A DNA stretch of 20,716 bases from a virus (Duplodnaviria > Heunggongvirae > Uroviricota > Caudoviricetes). Both the position numbers and the translations under genes were made by a program. Every line of letters begins with the position of its first letter. The first letter of the stretch is position 1. The stretch spans positions 1 through 20,716 of the IMG/VR virus record IMGVR_UViG_2541047849_000003; one strand, written 5' to 3'. This document shows positions 1 to 9,028 of the stretch, piece after piece. The notes beneath the pieces are model-generated. The model had not been told where the DNA came from and did not search any database. It saw only the letters and a list, made by a program, of their open reading frames with translations.

Positions 1-1284
1 TTACTTCTTCGCCTCTGCAACCACTTTACTACCCACGCCGCGGTTATTGTATTCCCACATGCGGTTGTAGTTAGTGTCATTCAGATTGCGCTGTATTTCG
101 TCGTTATCATCTACGCTGCCGGTATTACCCGCAAACGGACGATTAGAGATCACCGCATCGGCCCACGGTTTAGCCGTGTTAAAACCTTCGTTGATGGCGC
201 TATCACGGATCACCACCTGACCGTTGGTATTGGCATCAACATCCAGCGAGCGGCCCAGTTGCGCCACACCATCACCGAAAGCATTGAAACGGCTGTTTAC
301 GGCGAGGAAACCGTAGTAAATGTTGGACAGCGTAGCCGGTGCAAACACATACGCTTCTTGCTGAGTACGTGAGTTCACCACGCGGAATTCGGTGTTATCG
401 AACACCACTGCGCCGCGACCAGAAACGATATCCACATCCCCTTCAATGTAGCTGTTGGTCACCAGCGTACGCGGCTGACGATTCGTTTCCAGACGGTTCT
501 GCACACCGCTGTTGGTGACAAAGAAGGTGTTCTGACGACCGAGAATGTTAACGTTGTTAATCTGTACCTGGTCACCATCAGTACGCAGTGCCACCGCCGG
601 ATGGTTACCTGCATCTACGCTATCGCCCAGCGTGTTTTCGATGGTCAGATTTTGCAGTTGCAGGCCATTGTTTTGTGACCAGAAGACCGCAGAGCAGAGA
701 ACACCGATACTGTCGCTGCGTTTGCTCTGGCAGCTATCGTACATATACCACGCTGGTTTACCTGGCATATATTTGCCGCGCGGGTTGACGTCGTGACGCC
801 AGTCGGCAGGGCTCATGCCACCATCAAGGGAAAGCCCAATCTTCACATCAATCGGTTTTTCACCTGTACCGTACAGAGTAATTCCACCCGGAGCGGCAGG
901 GACATATACCGTTCCCTGATACTCACCAGGCATCACGGCAATATACTGGCGCTTGTTGGTACGCTTGATAATTGCCGCATCTACCGCCGCCTGAATCGTG
1001 GTATGCGTTACACCTTGAGTGCCCGCCGGGCCGACAACAAATTCAGGTTGCGCAGGCAGGGTAATCGGGGAAGGATTCCACGCTGCAGCACCTGGTGTCA
1101 GGGATGCAAAATAGTGTTGAGCATCGAAATTCTGCGCTTCTTTTGCCGACAGAATCGGGCGAGAAGAGGTACCAGGCGCGGTTTGATCAGAAGGACGTTG
1201 ATCGGGCGGGGTTGAGCTACAGGCGGTCAGCGTCACGCCAAAAGCCAATGCCAGCGCCAGACGGGAAACTGAAAATGTGTTCAC
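1..1284 (-). CDS. ybhC: Host outer-membrane lipoprotein YbhC (pectinesterase-fold, putative acyl-CoA thioesterase)
   Basis: Complete 427-aa ORF with stop at 1-3. N-terminus MNTFSVSRLALALAFGVTLTAC has a signal peptide and LTAC lipobox. ybhC is the known gal-side neighbour of the lambda attB site. Confidence 0.85.
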   Translation of the reverse strand: MNTFSVSRLALALAFGVTLTACSSTPPDQRPSDQTAPGTSSRPILSAKEAQNFDAQHYFASLTPGAAAWNPSPITLPAQPEFVVGPAGTQGVTHTTIQAAVDAAIIKRTNKRQYIAVMPGEYQGTVYVPAAPGGITLYGTGEKPIDVKIGLSLDGGMSPADWRHDVNPRGKYMPGKPAWYMYDSCQSKRSDSIGVLCSAVFWSQNNGLQLQNLTIENTLGDSVDAGNHPAVALRTDGDQVQINNVNILGRQNTFFVTNSGVQNRLETNRQPRTLVTNSYIEGDVDIVSGRGAVVFDNTEFRVVNSRTQQEAYVFAPATLSNIYYGFLAVNSRFNAFGDGVAQLGRSLDVDANTNGQVVIRDSAINEGFNTAKPWADAVISNRPFAGNTGSVDDNDEIQRNLNDTNYNRMWEYNNRGVGSKVVAEAKK

Positions 1285-1330
1285 AGGTTGCTCCGGGCTA
1301 TGAAATAGAAAAATGAATCCGTTGAAGCCT

Positions 1331-1345
1331 GCTTTTTTATACTAA
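1331..1345. other. attL: Prophage attL core (lambda-type 15-bp common core GCTTTTTTATACTAA) with lambda P-prime arm to about 1420
   Basis: The core GCTTTTTTATACTAA is present, preceded by bacterial B-arm sequence (GTTGAAGCCT) and followed by P-prime arm sequence (GCATTATAAAAAAGCATTGCTTATCAATTTGTTGCAACGAACAGGTCACTATCAGTCAAAATAAAATCATT) carrying Int arm-type site motifs. Recognised from memory of lambda attP. Confidence 0.85.
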
Positions 1346-1418
1346 GTAGGCATTATAAAAAAGCATTGCTTATCAATTTGTTGCAACGAACAGGTCACTA
1401 TCAGTCAAAATAAAATCA

Positions 1419-2489
1419 TTATTTGATTTCAATTTTGTCCCACTCCCTGCCTCTGTCATCACGATACTGTGATGCCATGGTGTCCGACTTATGCCCGAGA
1501 AGATGTTGAGCAAACTTATCGCTTATCTGCTTCTCATAGAGTCTTGCAGACAAACTGCGCAACTCGTGAAAGGTAGGCGGATCCCCTTCGAAGGAAAGAC
1601 CTGATGCTTTTCGTGCGCGCATAAAATACCTTGATACTGTGCCGGATGAAAGCGGTTCACGACGAGTAGATGCAATTATGGTTTCTCCGCCAAGAATCTC
1701 TTTGCATTTATCAAGTGTTTCCTTCATTGATATTCCGAGAGCATCAACATGCAATGTTGTAGGGATGGCAATTTTTACGCCTGTTTTGCTTTGCTCGACG
1801 TAAAGATATCCATCTACGATATCAGACCACTTCATTTCGCATAAATCACCAACTCGCTGCCCGGTAACAACAGCCAGTTCCATTGCAAGTCTTAACCAAC
1901 ATGGTGATGATTCTGCTGCTTGATAAATTTTCAGGTATTCGTCAGCCGTAAGTCTTGATCTCCTTACCTCTGATTTTGCTGCGCGAGTGGCAGCGACAGG
2001 GTTTGTTGTTATATGGCCTTCAGCTATTGCCTCTCGGAATGCATCGCTCAGTGTTGATCTGATTAACTTGGCTGACGCAGCCTTGCCCTCGTCTATGTAT
2101 CCATTGAGCATTGCCGCAATTTCTTTTGTGGTGATGTCTTCAAGTGGAGCATCAGGCAGACCCCTCCTTATTGCTTTAATTTTGCTCATGTAATTTATGA
2201 GTGTCTTCTGCTTGATTCCTCTGCTGGCGAGGATTTTTTCGTAGCGATCAAGCCATGAATGTAACGTAACAGAATTATCACTGTTGATTCTCGCTGTCAG
2301 AGGCTTGTGTTTGTGTCCTGAAAATAACTCAATGTTGGCCTGTATAGCTTCAGTGATTGCTATCCTCCTGTCTCGGCCTAATCCAAACTCTTTACCCGTC
2401 CTTGGGTCCCTGTAGCAGTAATATCCATTGTTTCTTATATAAAGGTTAGGGGGTAAATCCCGGCGCTCATGACTTCGCCTTCTTCCCAT
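1419..2489 (-). CDS. int: Site-specific tyrosine integrase, lambda Int-like
   Basis: 356-aa ORF beginning MGRRRSHERRDLPPNLYIRNNGYYCYRDPRTGKEFGLGRDRR and ending ...HLLGHKSDTMASQYRDDRGREWDKIEIK, matching lambda Int as I recall it. Sits beside attL and overlaps xis as in lambda. Confidence 0.96.
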   Translation of the reverse strand: MGRRRSHERRDLPPNLYIRNNGYYCYRDPRTGKEFGLGRDRRIAITEAIQANIELFSGHKHKPLTARINSDNSVTLHSWLDRYEKILASRGIKQKTLINYMSKIKAIRRGLPDAPLEDITTKEIAAMLNGYIDEGKAASAKLIRSTLSDAFREAIAEGHITTNPVAATRAAKSEVRRSRLTADEYLKIYQAAESSPCWLRLAMELAVVTGQRVGDLCEMKWSDIVDGYLYVEQSKTGVKIAIPTTLHVDALGISMKETLDKCKEILGGETIIASTRREPLSSGTVSRYFMRARKASGLSFEGDPPTFHELRSLSARLYEKQISDKFAQHLLGHKSDTMASQYRDDRGREWDKIEIK

Positions 2490-2685
2490 TTCTGATCCTC
2501 TTCAAAAGGCTACCTGTTACTGGTCGATTTAAGTCAACCTTTACCGCTGATTCGTGGAACAGATACTCTCTTCCATCCTTAACCGGAGGAGGGAATATCC
2601 TGCATTCGCGCACCCATCGACGAACTGTTTCAAGGCTTCTTGGGCGTCGCTGGCGAGCGTTCCACTCCTGAAGTGTCAAGTACAT
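2467..2685 (-). CDS. xis: Excisionase, lambda Xis-like
   Basis: 72-aa ORF MYLTLQEWNARQRRPRSLETVRRWVRECRIFPPPVKDGREYLFHESAVKVDLNRPVTGSLLKRIRNGKKAKS. Its 3' end overlaps the int start by 23 nt, the lambda arrangement. Confidence 0.95.
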   Translation of the reverse strand: MYLTLQEWNARQRRPRSLETVRRWVRECRIFPPPVKDGREYLFHESAVKVDLNRPVTGSLLKRIRNGKKAKS

Positions 2686-2775
2686 CGCAAAGTCTCCGCA
2701 ATTACACGCAAGAAAAAACCGCCATCAGGCGGCTTGGTGTTCTTTCAGTTCTTCAATTCGAATATTGGTTACGTC

Positions 2776-3075
2776 TTATTCGATGCGCACTCCTGGTATT
2801 TCGCCTTTTGATATTGCGAAGTCATAAATTTGCGCAGCACTATACCCATCTCGCATCCATGAATCTAATGCGCGAATAGCCTCGCTACGCTTTTTATCTT
2901 CTCTCTCATTTTTGATATCAACGAGGACATCAACGCAATTAAGGCATATGTGGATTTTGTCCTTACATTCGATCATGGCGGCTTTACCATGATTTCCGCC
3001 ACACAGTGAGCATAAATCTTCAGGGTCTTGCTGGTATTTCTGTAACGTTAGAGGGTTTAATGTTGAACAGACCAT
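2776..3075 (-). CDS. Hypothetical small cysteine-rich protein (CxxC...CxxC, zinc-ribbon-like), early-left ea-region position
   Basis: ORF open to 3087. Three in-frame ATGs at the 5' end; the third (3073-3075) has GGAG 8 nt upstream. Same strand as int and xis. Contains CSLCGG and CLNC motifs. Confidence 0.5.
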   Translation of the reverse strand: MVCSTLNPLTLQKYQQDPEDLCSLCGGNHGKAAMIECKDKIHICLNCVDVLVDIKNEREDKKRSEAIRALDSWMRDGYSAAQIYDFAISKGEIPGVRIE

Positions 3076-3146
3076 AATCATCTCCATAAAACAAAATTCG
3101 CCGTAGCAAGTTCAGATAAAAGAAATCCCCGCGAGTGCGAGGATTG

Positions 3147-3323
3147 TTATTCAGTGCCGATATTTACCTTTATCGCGAACACCTTTACCGGTTTATCACC
3201 GAAGTGGGGATGTGTGATTGTCTTGATTTCATATCCGTTATACGGGACGTCAATTCTGCGACTTAAGTCTTCGCGCTTCGGATATCCCTTTGTGATAATC
3301 AGGCGGTCATACTCGCGGAACAT
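3147..3323 (-). CDS. Hypothetical 58-aa protein (MFREYDRLIITKGYPKREDLSRRIDVPYNGYEIKTITHPHFGDKPVKVFAIKVNIGTE)
   Basis: ATG-initiated ORF found by manual translation; it is below the length cutoff of the supplied track. Same orientation as int and xis. No convincing Shine-Dalgarno sequence. Confidence 0.25.
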   Translation of the reverse strand: MFREYDRLIITKGYPKREDLSRRIDVPYNGYEIKTITHPHFGDKPVKVFAIKVNIGTE

Positions 3324-3495
3324 AATTCGCTTATCGTAGAGAACAGAATTGGCATTATTCCAGCGCCAGAAAATGGATTATGGAAGGCAGCGCATAGAAA
3401 AGTTGGCAGTGATAGTACCCCATATCATATGACTCAAGATGAAAACCCACTCCGCGCTGCCATGATTGTCTTTCTCATGATGCAGGACGCCAATA

Positions 3496-3672
3496 ATGCT
3501 TAGCCCATCCCAATCCATTCAATACCAGAAAGAAAGCGTCGAGCGGGCTTTAACGTGCGCTAACTGCGGTCAGAAGCTGCATGTGCTGGAAGTTCACGTG
3601 TGCTCAGATTGCTGCGCAGAACTGATGAGCGATCCGAATAGCTCAATGTACGAGGAAGAAGACGATGAATGA
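3496..3672 (+). CDS. Hypothetical 58-aa cysteine-rich protein (CANCGQ...CSDCC), translationally coupled to the downstream Rha gene
   Basis: ATG at 3496; its stop TGA (3670-3672) overlaps the ATG of the next gene in an ATGAATGA arrangement. Putative metal-binding Cys cluster. Confidence 0.45.
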   Translation: MLSPSQSIQYQKESVERALTCANCGQKLHVLEVHVCSDCCAELMSDPNSSMYEEEDDE

Positions 3673-4282
3673 GTTAATAAATGGCAATGCCATCAAAATG
3701 ACAAGCATTGAAATCGCTGAGTTGGTTGGTAAGCGTCATGACAATGTGAAACGTACCATCGAAACGCTGGCTAAAAATGGTGTTATCCGGCTTCCTCAAA
3801 TTGAGGATTGTGTAAGAATCAATGGGTTAGGCTTAAATCAAAGTTTTTGTGTGTATGTATTCGAAGGCGAACAAGGAAAGCGAGACAGTATTGTCGTTGT
3901 AGCCCAGTTGTCGCCGGAATTCACCGCTCGTCTTGTTGACCGTTGGCGAGAGCTTGAAGAAACTGCGGTTAATATCCCCAAAACGCTACCAGAAGCGTTG
4001 CGCCTTGCTGCTGATCTTGCTGAGCAGAAAATGCAACTGGAAAACCAGCTCGCAATTGCCGCACCTAAAGTTGAGTTTGCCGATCGAGTTGGCGAGGCCA
4101 GCGGAATTTTGATTGGAAACTTTGCAAAGGTTGTCGGTATTGGTCCAAACAAACTGTTTGCGTGGATGCGTGATCACAAAATCCTTATTGCTTCAGGTTC
4201 CCGGCGAAATGTGCCAATGCAGGAATATATGGATCGCGGCTATTTCACAGTGAAAGAAACAGCGGTCAACCAGCGAAGATAG
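3665..4282 (+). CDS. Rha-family phage regulatory protein with KilA-C/ANT-type C-terminal domain, apparently 3'-truncated
   Basis: N-terminus has the Rha hallmark IAELVGKRHDNVKRTIETL. The C-terminal region (KLFAWMRDHKILIASGSRRNVPMQEYMDRGYFTVKE) resembles the KilA-C antirepressor domain but stops about 25-30 residues earlier than such domains normally do. AGGAAG ribosome-binding site upstream. Confidence 0.7.
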   Translation: MNELINGNAIKMTSIEIAELVGKRHDNVKRTIETLAKNGVIRLPQIEDCVRINGLGLNQSFCVYVFEGEQGKRDSIVVVAQLSPEFTARLVDRWRELEETAVNIPKTLPEALRLAADLAEQKMQLENQLAIAAPKVEFADRVGEASGILIGNFAKVVGIGPNKLFAWMRDHKILIASGSRRNVPMQEYMDRGYFTVKETAVNQRR

Positions 4283-4352
4283 CGCAGAGCATGGACTGGT
4301 AAAACACCTGCGCAAGACGATTAAAGAGAAAGACCGCGAGCTGAAAGAGCTG

Positions 4353-4955
4353 ATGCGTCAGTCTCAGAAACCCGTCGAGCAGCAGCCGGTAATCACTCAA
4401 CCACCGCGAATGCCAAAACTGGATGATGAGGACATCGGTTTCGATGAAGAAATCTATCAGCAACGCATGGCTAAGTGGGCAGAGGATAACGGAAAGTACC
4501 AGCAACAGGAGATGGCTCGCAAGCAGAAGGAGCAGGAGCTTCATGCTGCTTATCAAGAGCGATTATCCAAATATCAGCAACGTGTTAAGGCTCTCAAGGT
4601 TCCTGGCTATCAGGAAGCAGAACAGGCCGTACTCGAGGAAATCCCCATCGAGACACAAAACGCGATCCTGTTTGAGTCAGAGAAGCCGGAAATCGTTGTT
4701 CTGGCGCTCGGTCGCAACGCTGAACTGCGCAAGCAACTGGCAGAAGCTACCAACCCCGTAGCAATTGGTCGTCTGCTGGAACGTATCGAATCGAAGGCCA
4801 GAATCATGCCAAAAGCAAAAACCACGGCAGCCACAACCCCGACAGTTAAGGGGAGCAACGGCGCAGTAATCAATAACCTCGACAAACTGAAAGCCAAGGC
4901 GCTGGAAACTGGTGACTGGACGCCGTATTTCGCCGCTAAAAAGGCAAAAAAATAA
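4353..4955 (+). CDS. P22-like scaffolding protein, N-terminally truncated remnant (reading frame open from 4254)
   Basis: C-terminal region (LGRNAELRKQLAEATNPVAIGRLLERIESK...KLKAKALETGDW) resembles the coat-binding C-terminus of P22 gp8. Lies immediately upstream of the coat gene. Scaffold-like sequence continues in frame upstream of the first ATG back to 4254, with no start codon there. Confidence 0.6.
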   Translation: MRQSQKPVEQQPVITQPPRMPKLDDEDIGFDEEIYQQRMAKWAEDNGKYQQQEMARKQKEQELHAAYQERLSKYQQRVKALKVPGYQEAEQAVLEEIPIETQNAILFESEKPEIVVLALGRNAELRKQLAEATNPVAIGRLLERIESKARIMPKAKTTAATTPTVKGSNGAVINNLDKLKAKALETGDWTPYFAAKKAKK

Positions 4956-4973
4956 CCTATCGGAGCATTAAGC

Positions 4974-6227
4974 ATGGCTAACCAATTAGCAAAAGACCTT
5001 GAAATCATGTTCGAAAACTACGTTGAAGGCTTTGAGGCCGCCTGCGTAGTTTCCCGTAACGCTAAAAAATTCCGTCCCGGTGATACCGCAATGCAGCGAG
5101 CAGGTGATGTTCTGTATCGTCCGCAGCATTACCACATGAACATTGAAGAAGGCCTCGATCTCAGCGGCAAAACGCCTACAGCACTGGTTCAGCGCCTTGT
5201 TCCTTCTGTGTTCAAGGAGCCGAAAAACATTCTGTACACTCTGGATGCGCGTGAAATGCGTGACCCGGAACATAAAACTGAAGCTGGTCGCGCCGCAGGT
5301 ATGCGCCTTGCTGCACAGATTGACTCTGACCTGATTTCCATGGTCACGCAGCGTGCTACTAACGTGATCACAATGGCTGACTCAACAACTGGTTCACAGG
5401 GCCGTGATTTGTGGAACTGTGCGGCAGGTATTGATGCCACCATGACGGCGATTGGTGTACCTCAGGGTATCAACCGTCGCTCTTTCTGGAACCCCTTCAA
5501 CTACAAAGACCTTGCTGGCGAGCTTGGTCACCGTGCCTATGCTCAGGGCGCAACCCTGACAGCATACGAAAAAGCGCAGATCCCTCCGGTTGCGTCCTTC
5601 GATAGCTACAAGACCGATATTTCTGGTCGTGTTCCGAAGGGTACAGCAACTTCCATTACGCTGGCAGCAGCACCTGCGCACAAGGTTGAAGCGAAAGATG
5701 CTAACGATATGCCAGTGGATAACCGACAGGGGACCATTACGGTATCTGCATCTGGTTTGCAGGTTGGCGATGCGTTTACCATCGCAGGGGTGAATTCCGT
5801 ACACCAGATCACCAAAGATACCACCGGGCAGCCGCAGGTATTCCGCGTTCTGGCAGTTAGCGGAACGACAGTAACTATCTCCCCGAAAATTCTGCCGCCT
5901 GACAACGCGGATGTCGCCAGCCGTCCATATGCAAACGTTGATGCTAATGCGGCAAGTAGCGCAGCAATCACCATTCTCAACAAAAATGCCGCACCGGCTA
6001 ACCTGTTCTGGGCTGATGGTTCTGTTGAACTGATGTACGGCAAACTGGCGTTCCCGACTGGTCAGGGTCCACAGGTAATGACAGCAACCACCGAGCAGGG
6101 CGCTACGCTGATCATGTCTTACGCCTTCGACCACATCAAAGGCGTAACCACTGCGCGTTTCACCACTCTGTACGGTTGCTCTGTACTGGTTCCTGAATAT
6201 ACGGGCATCGTTATTGCCGGGCAGTAA
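4974..6227 (+). CDS. Major capsid (coat) protein, P22 gp5-like
   Basis: 417-aa ORF with GGAG ribosome-binding site. Overall architecture and the C-terminal FWADGSVEL motif resemble P22 coat protein. Followed by a strong terminator. Confidence 0.85.
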   Translation: MANQLAKDLEIMFENYVEGFEAACVVSRNAKKFRPGDTAMQRAGDVLYRPQHYHMNIEEGLDLSGKTPTALVQRLVPSVFKEPKNILYTLDAREMRDPEHKTEAGRAAGMRLAAQIDSDLISMVTQRATNVITMADSTTGSQGRDLWNCAAGIDATMTAIGVPQGINRRSFWNPFNYKDLAGELGHRAYAQGATLTAYEKAQIPPVASFDSYKTDISGRVPKGTATSITLAAAPAHKVEAKDANDMPVDNRQGTITVSASGLQVGDAFTIAGVNSVHQITKDTTGQPQVFRVLAVSGTTVTISPKILPPDNADVASRPYANVDANAASSAAITILNKNAAPANLFWADGSVELMYGKLAFPTGQGPQVMTATTEQGATLIMSYAFDHIKGVTTARFTTLYGCSVLVPEYTGIVIAGQ

Positions 6228-6234
6228 TTTAGGT

Positions 6235-6256
6235 GGGGCTTCGGCCCCATTTTTAT
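6235..6256 (+). terminator. Rho-independent terminator after the coat gene
   Basis: GGGGC-TTCG-GCCCC hairpin with a GNRA-like tetraloop, followed by ATTTTTATT. Confidence 0.6.
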
Positions 6257-6268
6257 TGGGAGAAGACA

Positions 6269-6457
6269 ATGGCACGAACAATGCTCTATAAGCCGGGCAA
6301 CATGATCACCTGTGGTCAGTTTGCTGTCGATTACATCATTGTTGATGACGAAGAAGTTAAATCTCACCTGAAAAAAGGCTGGGTAAAAACTCCTGAAGAA
6401 ACCGCAACGAAGCAAAAAGTGGCTAAGGCGGAAGAAGATGGCGAAAACGAAGGGTGA
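6269..6457 (+). CDS. Hypothetical small protein between coat and gp4-like genes
   Basis: ATG at 6269 preceded by GGGAGAAG. 62 aa; overlaps the next gene start by 20 nt. Confidence 0.45.
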   Translation: MARTMLYKPGNMITCGQFAVDYIIVDDEEVKSHLKKGWVKTPEETATKQKVAKAEEDGENEG

Positions 6458-6899
6458 TCTCGTTCTTAAGGCTTTACGAAAAGCCGGGCTGTATTCCAAT
6501 GCCACGTTGACAGATGCTGACCCTCAGGCAATTGAAGATGCCATTAATGACCTCGAAGACATGATGGCAGCATGGCAGGCTAAAGGTATCGAGCTTGGAT
6601 ATCAGTTTGCTGATACAGAAAACGGCATCATGCCGTTACCTGACGATGATTCAGGTATCCCTGCATGGGCAAATGATGGCGTCGCTTTGAAACTCGCTGT
6701 GCAAGTGTGCATGGATAACGTCATTCAGCCGTCAGACGCTCTCCTTACCGCTGCTGACAGTGCATATCAAACAATCTGTATCGCTTTAACCAAAATACCA
6801 CCACTTGAGCGACGAAATGACATGCCTCGCGGGGCGGGGTTAAAAAGCGCGTTTACGTGGAATCGGTTTTACATCGAGAAAGATGATCCGAGTACGTGA
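6438..6899 (+). CDS. Head completion / tail accessory protein, P22 gp4-like
   Basis: 153 aa. N-terminus KTKGDLV..ALRKAG...ATLTD and the LEDMMAAWQ motif resemble P22 gp4. Gene order after coat matches P22. Confidence 0.8.
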   Translation: MAKTKGDLVLKALRKAGLYSNATLTDADPQAIEDAINDLEDMMAAWQAKGIELGYQFADTENGIMPLPDDDSGIPAWANDGVALKLAVQVCMDNVIQPSDALLTAADSAYQTICIALTKIPPLERRNDMPRGAGLKSAFTWNRFYIEKDDPST

Positions 6900-6908
6900 G
6901 GTGAATAA

Positions 6909-8327
6909 ATGCCGATTCAGCAACTTCCGCTTATGAAAGGTGTCGGCAAAGACTTTCGAAACGCCGACTATATCGACTATCTGCCAGTGAATATGTTGGC
7001 TACACCCAAAGAAATCCTTAACAGCAGCGGATATCTTCGCTCATTCCCTGGCATTGCCAAACGTTCTGATGTGAACGGTGCATCTCGCGGCGTCGAGTAC
7101 AACATGGCGCAGAATGCTGTTTATCGCGTATGTGGTGGCAAGCTGTACAAAGGAGAAAGCGAGGTCGGTGATGTTGCCGGAAGTGGTCGCGTATCAATGG
7201 CGCATGGTCGAACATCTCAGGCGGTAGGCGTTAATGGTCAACTGGTAGAGTATCGCTATGATGGCACGGTTAAAACCGTCTCAAACTGGCCTGCAGACAG
7301 CGGATTCACTCAGTATGAGTTAGGTTCGGTTCGTGACATTACGCGCTTGCGCGGGCGTTATGCGTGGTCAAAAGACGGCACTGATTCATGGTTTATCACT
7401 GACCTTGGAGACGAATCACATCCTGACCGTTACAGCGCACAATATCGCGCAGAATCGCAGCCTGACGGCATCATCGGCATCGGAACATGGCGAGACTTCA
7501 TCGTATGCTTTGGTTCATCAACGATTGAATATTTCTCCCTGACTGGTGCAACCACCGTTGGTGCTGCTTTGTATGTCGCGCAGCCATCGCTGATGGTGCA
7601 AAAAGGCATCGCCGGAACTTACTGCAAAACGCCGTTTGCTGATTCCTATGCGTTCATCAGCAATCCGGCAACAGGTGCGCCGTCTGTGTACATCATCGGC
7701 TCCGGTCAGGTGTCACCAATCGCCAGCGCGAGCATTGAGAAAATACTACGCTCCTACACTGCTGATGAACTGGCTGATGGCGTAATGGAATCGTTGCGGT
7801 TTGATGCTCATGAGTTGCTGATTATCCACCTGCCGCGCCATGTTCTTGTTTACGACGCATCTTCAAGTGCCAATGGTCCGCAATGGTGTGTGCTGAAAAC
7901 AGGCCTGTATGACGATGTGTACCGCGCTATCGACTTCATTTACGAAGGCAATCAGATAACGTGCGGCGATAAGCTGGAATCTGTTACCGGGAAACTGCAG
8001 TTCGATATCAGCAGCCAGTACGACAAGCAACAGGAACACCTGCTGTTTACTCCACTGTTCAAAGCGGATAACGCCAGAGTTTTCGACCTTGAGGTTGAAT
8101 CGTCAACTGGCGTTGCGCAGTACGCCGACCGCCTGTTCCTCTCTGCAACCACTGACGGCATCAATTACGGACGTGAGCAGATGATTGAGCAGAATGAACC
8201 GTTCGTTTACGACAAACGCGTTTTGTGGAAGAAAGTAGGGCGCATCAGGAAAAACATTGGCTTCAAATTGCGCGTTATCACGAAGTCACCTGTCACTCTG
8301 TCTGGCGCTCAGATAAGGATTGAGTAA
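6909..8327 (+). CDS. Tail accessory protein, P22 gp10-like
   Basis: 472 aa, the same length as P22 gp10. N-terminus [49 protein letters not shown] matches my recollection of gp10. Confidence 0.85.
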   Translation: MPIQQLPLMKGVGKDFRNADYIDYLPVNMLATPKEILNSSGYLRSFPGIAKRSDVNGASRGVEYNMAQNAVYRVCGGKLYKGESEVGDVAGSGRVSMAHGRTSQAVGVNGQLVEYRYDGTVKTVSNWPADSGFTQYELGSVRDITRLRGRYAWSKDGTDSWFITDLGDESHPDRYSAQYRAESQPDGIIGIGTWRDFIVCFGSSTIEYFSLTGATTVGAALYVAQPSLMVQKGIAGTYCKTPFADSYAFISNPATGAPSVYIIGSGQVSPIASASIEKILRSYTADELADGVMESLRFDAHELLIIHLPRHVLVYDASSSANGPQWCVLKTGLYDDVYRAIDFIYEGNQITCGDKLESVTGKLQFDISSQYDKQQEHLLFTPLFKADNARVFDLEVESSTGVAQYADRLFLSATTDGINYGREQMIEQNEPFVYDKRVLWKKVGRIRKNIGFKLRVITKSPVTLSGAQIRIE

Positions 8328-9028
8328 TGGTTGATTCATCACTGAATGATCCTGTCGTGGTTCAGGCTACGCGCCTTGATGCTTCAATTTTGCCACGCAA
8401 TATATTCAGCCAGTCTTACCTGCTGTATGTCATAAATCAGGGTGCTGATGTTGGCGCAATTGCCGGGAAGGCAAATCAGGCTGGTCAGGGCGCTTACGAT
8501 GCTCAGGTAAAAAACGATGAACAGGACGTCGAACTGGCAGATCATGACGCAAGAATCACCGCAAACACAAAAGCGATAAATCTCCTTGAGGTCAGGTTAA
8601 CAACCGCCGAAGGGAAGATAGTCGTACTGCGTAGCGATGTTGATTACTTGCTGGATGAGGTTATCGCTATTCAGGCGCATCTGGTCACTGTTGACCAAAG
8701 ACTGGATGGCATAGAAAGCGATGTATCTGACATTAAGAGTGATTACGTATCGAAAACCGTAACCGAATCGCAGTCTCTTGCGTCACCGCTGGATGTAAAA
8801 ACATCATATTCAGTTGATGGAATTCAGGTAGTTGGAGCAAGGCAGACTGGATGGACTGCAGCCACAGGTACGCCACTTCTTGGCTCATTCAACGCAAACC
8901 AGTCATACACGGTCGGCACTACGTACACACAATCCGAAGTCGCGGCTCTCGCTACAGGTTTGCAGCAGGCGCGGCAGCGTATTCTGGCGCTTGAAACAGC
9001 ACTTAGATTACATGGGCTGATTGACTGA
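8327..9028 (+). CDS. Tail needle protein, P22 gp26-like
   Basis: 233 aa, the same length as P22 gp26. Shares the conserved N-terminus ([21 protein letters not shown]) and C-terminus ([32 protein letters not shown]). Start overlaps the upstream stop (TAATG). Confidence 0.85.
   Translation: MVDSSLNDPVVVQATRLDASILPRNIFSQSYLLYVINQGADVGAIAGKANQAGQGAYDAQVKNDEQDVELADHDARITANTKAINLLEVRLTTAEGKIVVLRSDVDYLLDEVIAIQAHLVTVDQRLDGIESDVSDIKSDYVSKTVTESQSLASPLDVKTSYSVDGIQVVGARQTGWTAATGTPLLGSFNANQSYTVGTTYTQSEVAALATGLQQARQRILALETALRLHGLID

Noticed and set aside
545-1316. Plus-strand ORFs of 66-140 aa
   Set aside because: Antisense to the host ybhC gene. Arg-rich shadow ORFs.
3154-3339. 61-aa plus-strand ORF
   Set aside because: It starts with GTG, has no ribosome-binding site and an odd hydrophobic composition. 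It overlaps an ATG-initiated minus-strand ORF that is oriented like the neighbouring early-left genes.
5394-6281. 295-aa minus-strand ORF, plus other long antisense ORFs at 5606-6043 and 4986-5273
   Set aside because: They lie entirely antisense within the coat gene, which has clear family resemblance, a ribosome-binding site and a terminator. Arg/Cys-rich composition is typical of shadow ORFs in GC-balanced coding sequence.
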